From an uncultured archaeon (GTDB taxonomy: Archaea; Asgardarchaeota; Lokiarchaeia; Sigyniarchaeales; SOKP01), in the NCBI GenBank assembly GCA_964525635.1, contig CAZGJX010000078.1:242-21515 (forward strand): a stretch of 21,274 bases of DNA. Reading direction: 5' to 3'. The notes beneath the pieces were generated by a model. It was not told where the DNA came from and did not search any database. It was given only the letters and a program-made list of their open reading frames with translations. The position numbers and the translations under genes are program-made. This document shows positions 18,099-21,274 of this stretch, one piece after another. How positions within the stretch are numbered: position 1 is the first letter of the stretch; each line of letters starts with the position of its first letter.

Positions 18099-18239
18099 TC
18101 TTTTTAGGTAATAAGCGTTTTATCAGAATTATTTATAATAAAGTTTTTTTTTTTTGATATTATTTCTCAGTAAACACAATTTTTATTAGTTTTCATTAAT
18201 TTCATTTAATATTATATAAGATATTTTTAAGTTAGAAAA

Positions 18240-18419
18240 ATGGGATTATATCAAAGATTAAAGGAAAATTATTCAAATCAATTCTCAATTTTTCAGGTAA
18301 TTTCCCTTCTCCAAGTAGATGCGACAGAAGTAAGAATTATCAGAAATGCCCTAAAACAACTACATCAACAGGGATTAATTAAAAGAATTGGAAAAAATAT
18401 GTATGAAATAATTAAATAA
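18240..18419 (+). CDS. 59-aa winged-helix protein (below the ORF-track cutoff)
   Basis: MGLYQRLKENYSNQFSIFQVISLLQVDATEVRIIRNALKQLHQQGLIKRIGKNMYEIIK*: recognition helix plus GLIKRIGKNMY wing. Fills the gap and converges on the GTPase gene. Confidence 0.8.
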   Translation: MGLYQRLKENYSNQFSIFQVISLLQVDATEVRIIRNALKQLHQQGLIKRIGKNMYEIIK

Positions 18420-18426
18420 TAATAAA

Positions 18427-19023
18427 TTAATATTTTATAATAATATTTGGGAATAAAGAATTAATAATCAATTTAAATGATTCTACAATGCCAAATCCAT
18501 TGATGGCGATAGTTTCTTTGATAAATACTTTATAAAATTTCTTTAATTCTTCATAAGAGATAAAATCACTTTCTTTTATTTTTCTTACATTTGCTAAATC
18601 ATATTTATTTAAAGCAATTATTGTAGGTATTTTATAAATATCTTCTCCAAAAAAATGGTTTAACTCCTTCCAAGAGAATTTATTTCTATCTAAATATTCA
18701 AAATTTGAGTCTATTACAAATATAATTCCATCAGCTCCCTTTAAAGTGGCAGTTCTAGTACTTGCATAAAAATCTTGTCCCGTAGCGGAATAAATCAAAA
18801 ATTTTAAACTCCATTCCATCCCTTTAAACTCCAAAACACCAAAATCAAAAACCAATGTTCTACCTAATGAATTTTCTATAGACTTAAGTGTTTTAATTTT
18901 ATTATAATGTTTAAAAAGACTCTTTATTGATGTTGTTTTACCTGACATTGCTGGACCATAAAAGATTAGCTTAATTTGAATTATTTTTTTTTCAAAATCA
19001 AAAAGTATGATAATTACCCCCAT
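18427..19023 (-). CDS. MglA-like small GTPase
   Basis: IQIKLIFYGPAMSGKTT, RTLVFDF (MglA switch I with Arg), SATGQ.FY..TR...LKGADGIIFVIDS, NKYD, A.NG.GI. Confidence 0.92.
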   Translation of the reverse strand: MGVIIILFDFEKKIIQIKLIFYGPAMSGKTTSIKSLFKHYNKIKTLKSIENSLGRTLVFDFGVLEFKGMEWSLKFLIYSATGQDFYASTRTATLKGADGIIFVIDSNFEYLDRNKFSWKELNHFFGEDIYKIPTIIALNKYDLANVRKIKESDFISYEELKKFYKVFIKETIAINGFGIVESFKLIINSLFPNIIIKY

Positions 19024-19925
19024 AATGATTGGATTTTCTCTCCAATAAATGTTAATTTATTATTTTGAATTAATCTTGAAAAATCTTCTCTCCATTCATT
19101 CATAATAAAAGATAATATTCGTTTTATAGAACCATCTTCATAATCTATAGCTTCAAGTAATGTTTTACTTCCTATTTTTGAATTTATATTCATATTATGT
19201 AAAAAATTCAATTTAGATAAAATAAAAAATGCTCTTTTGGCACCCAAGTAAAAATTTTGAATTTCTTCTTGGAAAATATTTTTCTTTATCTCTCCTTTTT
19301 CAACCTCAAAATCTAATAATGTTTCTTTTAATTCATTATCTAATTGACTTTTATGTACTTCTTCAGAAATAACTCTTTTCATTTTATTTATTGACTTTTC
19401 TGTGTCTTCTGATATTTTTTGAAAAATTCTTTCTTCCATATCAAGATCTATTATTTTTTCATTAATTCCAACTATATTTACTCTTAATTTTTCAGAGTCA
19501 ATTGATATTTCAAGAAAACTATTTACCTTTGCTCTAATTAATTCTTTTATTAAATTTAAGAGTATTTTTTCTTTTTGAACTTCTATCCCAATAATCATAG
19601 AATCTAAAGAATCCAGTTCAGATATTGCTTTTATAGCTACATTAGATGGACATCGTATTTGAATTCGTATTGATTGATAATCATTGTTTTCATTTAAAAA
19701 TAAATTATTATATTCCGTATTTGAAATAAAATCAGTATAAAACACTAGGTCTTTTCTAAAATTAATAAGTCCTGACAATTCTATAATAAGTTCGTCAATA
19801 TAATTTGGATCTTCTCCATAGACAATGATAGGAATCCTATCTAAAAGACAATAAAGGACTAATGCTCTTTTCTTTTTTTTTATATTTTCGAGAGATCTAA
19901 ATATATTCATTTCTTTTCTCATCAT
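19014..19925 (-). CDS. Hypothetical protein with a cDENN-like alpha/beta core and helical C-terminus
   Basis: VLYCLLDRIPIIVYGEDPNYIDELIIELSGLI and the later MIIGI strand resemble the cDENN core pattern. Tightly coupled between the roadblock and GTPase genes. The CDS is secure; the DENN call is tentative. Confidence 0.55.
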   Translation of the reverse strand: MMRKEMNIFRSLENIKKKKRALVLYCLLDRIPIIVYGEDPNYIDELIIELSGLINFRKDLVFYTDFISNTEYNNLFLNENNDYQSIRIQIRCPSNVAIKAISELDSLDSMIIGIEVQKEKILLNLIKELIRAKVNSFLEISIDSEKLRVNIVGINEKIIDLDMEERIFQKISEDTEKSINKMKRVISEEVHKSQLDNELKETLLDFEVEKGEIKKNIFQEEIQNFYLGAKRAFFILSKLNFLHNMNINSKIGSKTLLEAIDYEDGSIKRILSFIMNEWREDFSRLIQNNKLTFIGEKIQSLWG

Positions 19926-19926
19926 T

Positions 19927-20928
19927 TTATTTTATTAATAACTCCCCTAAAAGACTTTTAATGTCAAATGATTTTCCTTTCTGTTCTTGATTTACTCTTT
20001 TCATAATCCTTTCAATTTTTCCTAAAAATTGGGGTATAATTAATCTTATCAAACCTAATTTTTGTTTAGATTTACCCATCTCTGAACATAAAATTGCATT
20101 ACTTAACCCATTAATAGTTTGAAAAGTATTTCCACAATCAATTAAAATATTTTCTGCAGTCATCTTCTTCAATAACCAAGCACATCTATTTGCTGTTTCG
20201 AATAAAGAATATGTCATTGCAGCTATATTATCTATATTGATATTATTCTCCAATGAATTTTTCAATTTTTTGGATAATATGAACCCTCCATCTAAACAGA
20301 GAAAAGTATATTTTAAATCTATAATTGTGAGAGTAAAATTATTCAATATTTTATTTAATTCCCAAGATAACTCTTCAGAGATATTTAATGAGGATGAAGA
20401 TAAATAAGTTTTTCTCTCATTTTCCTCTTTGAGATAAAAATTATCTAATACTTCATTAATTTTTTCATTGTTGAATTCAATTAATGGGGGTTTAAATGAT
20501 TCTCCCGAGGTAATTAATGTTGTTTTTATTTTTTTTAGACATTCATTTGTTTGAAGAAATATACCTCCTAAATTAACATAAGGTTGAGCAGTTATAGCTA
20601 TGAAAAACTCATTATGATCTTCAATAATTCCTTGTTGTTCTAATATTCGATTTAGAGACTCATGTATGGGAGTACTTAATGGTGCTATTAATATCTTTGC
20701 CTTCTTTCCTTCAATAAGAATATATTTTAAATCTTTTGGATATAAATTTATTCCAATGTTATAAATTGCACTCGCCGCGGAACATACGTTAAAGATCTCA
20801 TTTTTGGTTAGCCATACACCCGTTGATTGAATTGGATTACCATCTCTCTGAGTTAAAACTGCATTTTCAACACCTTTTAATTGCTTAATCTGATCTAGAT
20901 GAATTCTGATTTTCTCTTTAAGATTCAT
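19927..20928 (-). CDS. Tandem roadblock/LC7 (MglB/LAMTOR-like) double-domain protein
   Basis: Repeat 1: GVENAVLTQRDGNPIQS...CSAASAI...ILIEGKKAKILI...NLGGI. Repeat 2: DLKYTFLCLDGGFIL...IAAMTYSL...ILIDCG...KLGLIRL. Confidence 0.9.
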   Translation of the reverse strand: MNLKEKIRIHLDQIKQLKGVENAVLTQRDGNPIQSTGVWLTKNEIFNVCSAASAIYNIGINLYPKDLKYILIEGKKAKILIAPLSTPIHESLNRILEQQGIIEDHNEFFIAITAQPYVNLGGIFLQTNECLKKIKTTLITSGESFKPPLIEFNNEKINEVLDNFYLKEENERKTYLSSSSLNISEELSWELNKILNNFTLTIIDLKYTFLCLDGGFILSKKLKNSLENNINIDNIAAMTYSLFETANRCAWLLKKMTAENILIDCGNTFQTINGLSNAILCSEMGKSKQKLGLIRLIIPQFLGKIERIMKRVNQEQKGKSFDIKSLLGELLIK

Positions 20929-21025
20929 ATCAAAAACTTATTAAATTTATGTAGTGTATTTTTATTGTCAAAAATCTTTTTAAACTACGAGGATTTGTAA
21001 ACTTTAAAAGGGATCCTTATGAAAA

Positions 21026-21041
21026 TAAAAAGATTTATATC
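21026..21041 (+). promoter_or_regulatory. Putative BRE/TATA promoter of the rRNA transcript
   Basis: Purine-rich AAAAAGA followed by TTTATAT, about 200 nt upstream of the 16S 5' end. Confidence 0.4.
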
Positions 21042-21233
21042 ATATCGTTCAATTAATATTATTGCAGTAAATCATATCTTTACCGGTGTAAACTTGGATT
21101 ACGGTATTAATTCCGTTAAATGATGAGTTAATTCAAAGATATGATAAAAAAAATGTGGTTATAATTTTAAATATTATAACTGAAGTAGGTCTTTAAAAGC
21201 CTCCTAATTAGTCTTAAAACAAACTTCATAATT

Positions 21234-21274
<41 letters not shown>

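Overview
Very AT-rich archaeal chromosomal segment, most consistent with an Asgard archaeon of the Lokiarchaeia/Promethearchaeota type. This call is inferred from the archaeal r-proteins, archaeal 16S 5' end, MglA-like GTPases, roadblock and V4R proteins. From left to right the window holds: rpl4 (partial) and rpl3; a divergent type IV pilus/Tad-like module (Cys-rich VirB11/CpaF ATPase, pilin-like protein, TadC/GspF-like platform); a V4R protein; a small PC4-like protein with an SSB-like tail; an overlapping cdc6/orc1-wHTH-prepilin peptidase operon; a membrane-anchored surface protein; an MglA-like GTPase; a divergent TFB paralogue; a frameshifted Zn-finger gene; a structured region with IS200/IS605 debris; tRNA-Glu(CTC) with a D-arm intron; UPF0148/SSSCA1; rps17e; a ~270-bp non-autonomous IS200/IS605 element keeping an omega-RNA-like end; an uncalled 59-aa wHTH gene; a tandem-roadblock / DENN-like / MglA-like GTPase operon; and the first 40 nt of 16S rRNA. 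The best candidates for a new system are the roadblock-DENN-like-GTPase switch and the pilus machinery coupled to a replication initiator. All family calls come from motif recognition by eye; no searches were run.
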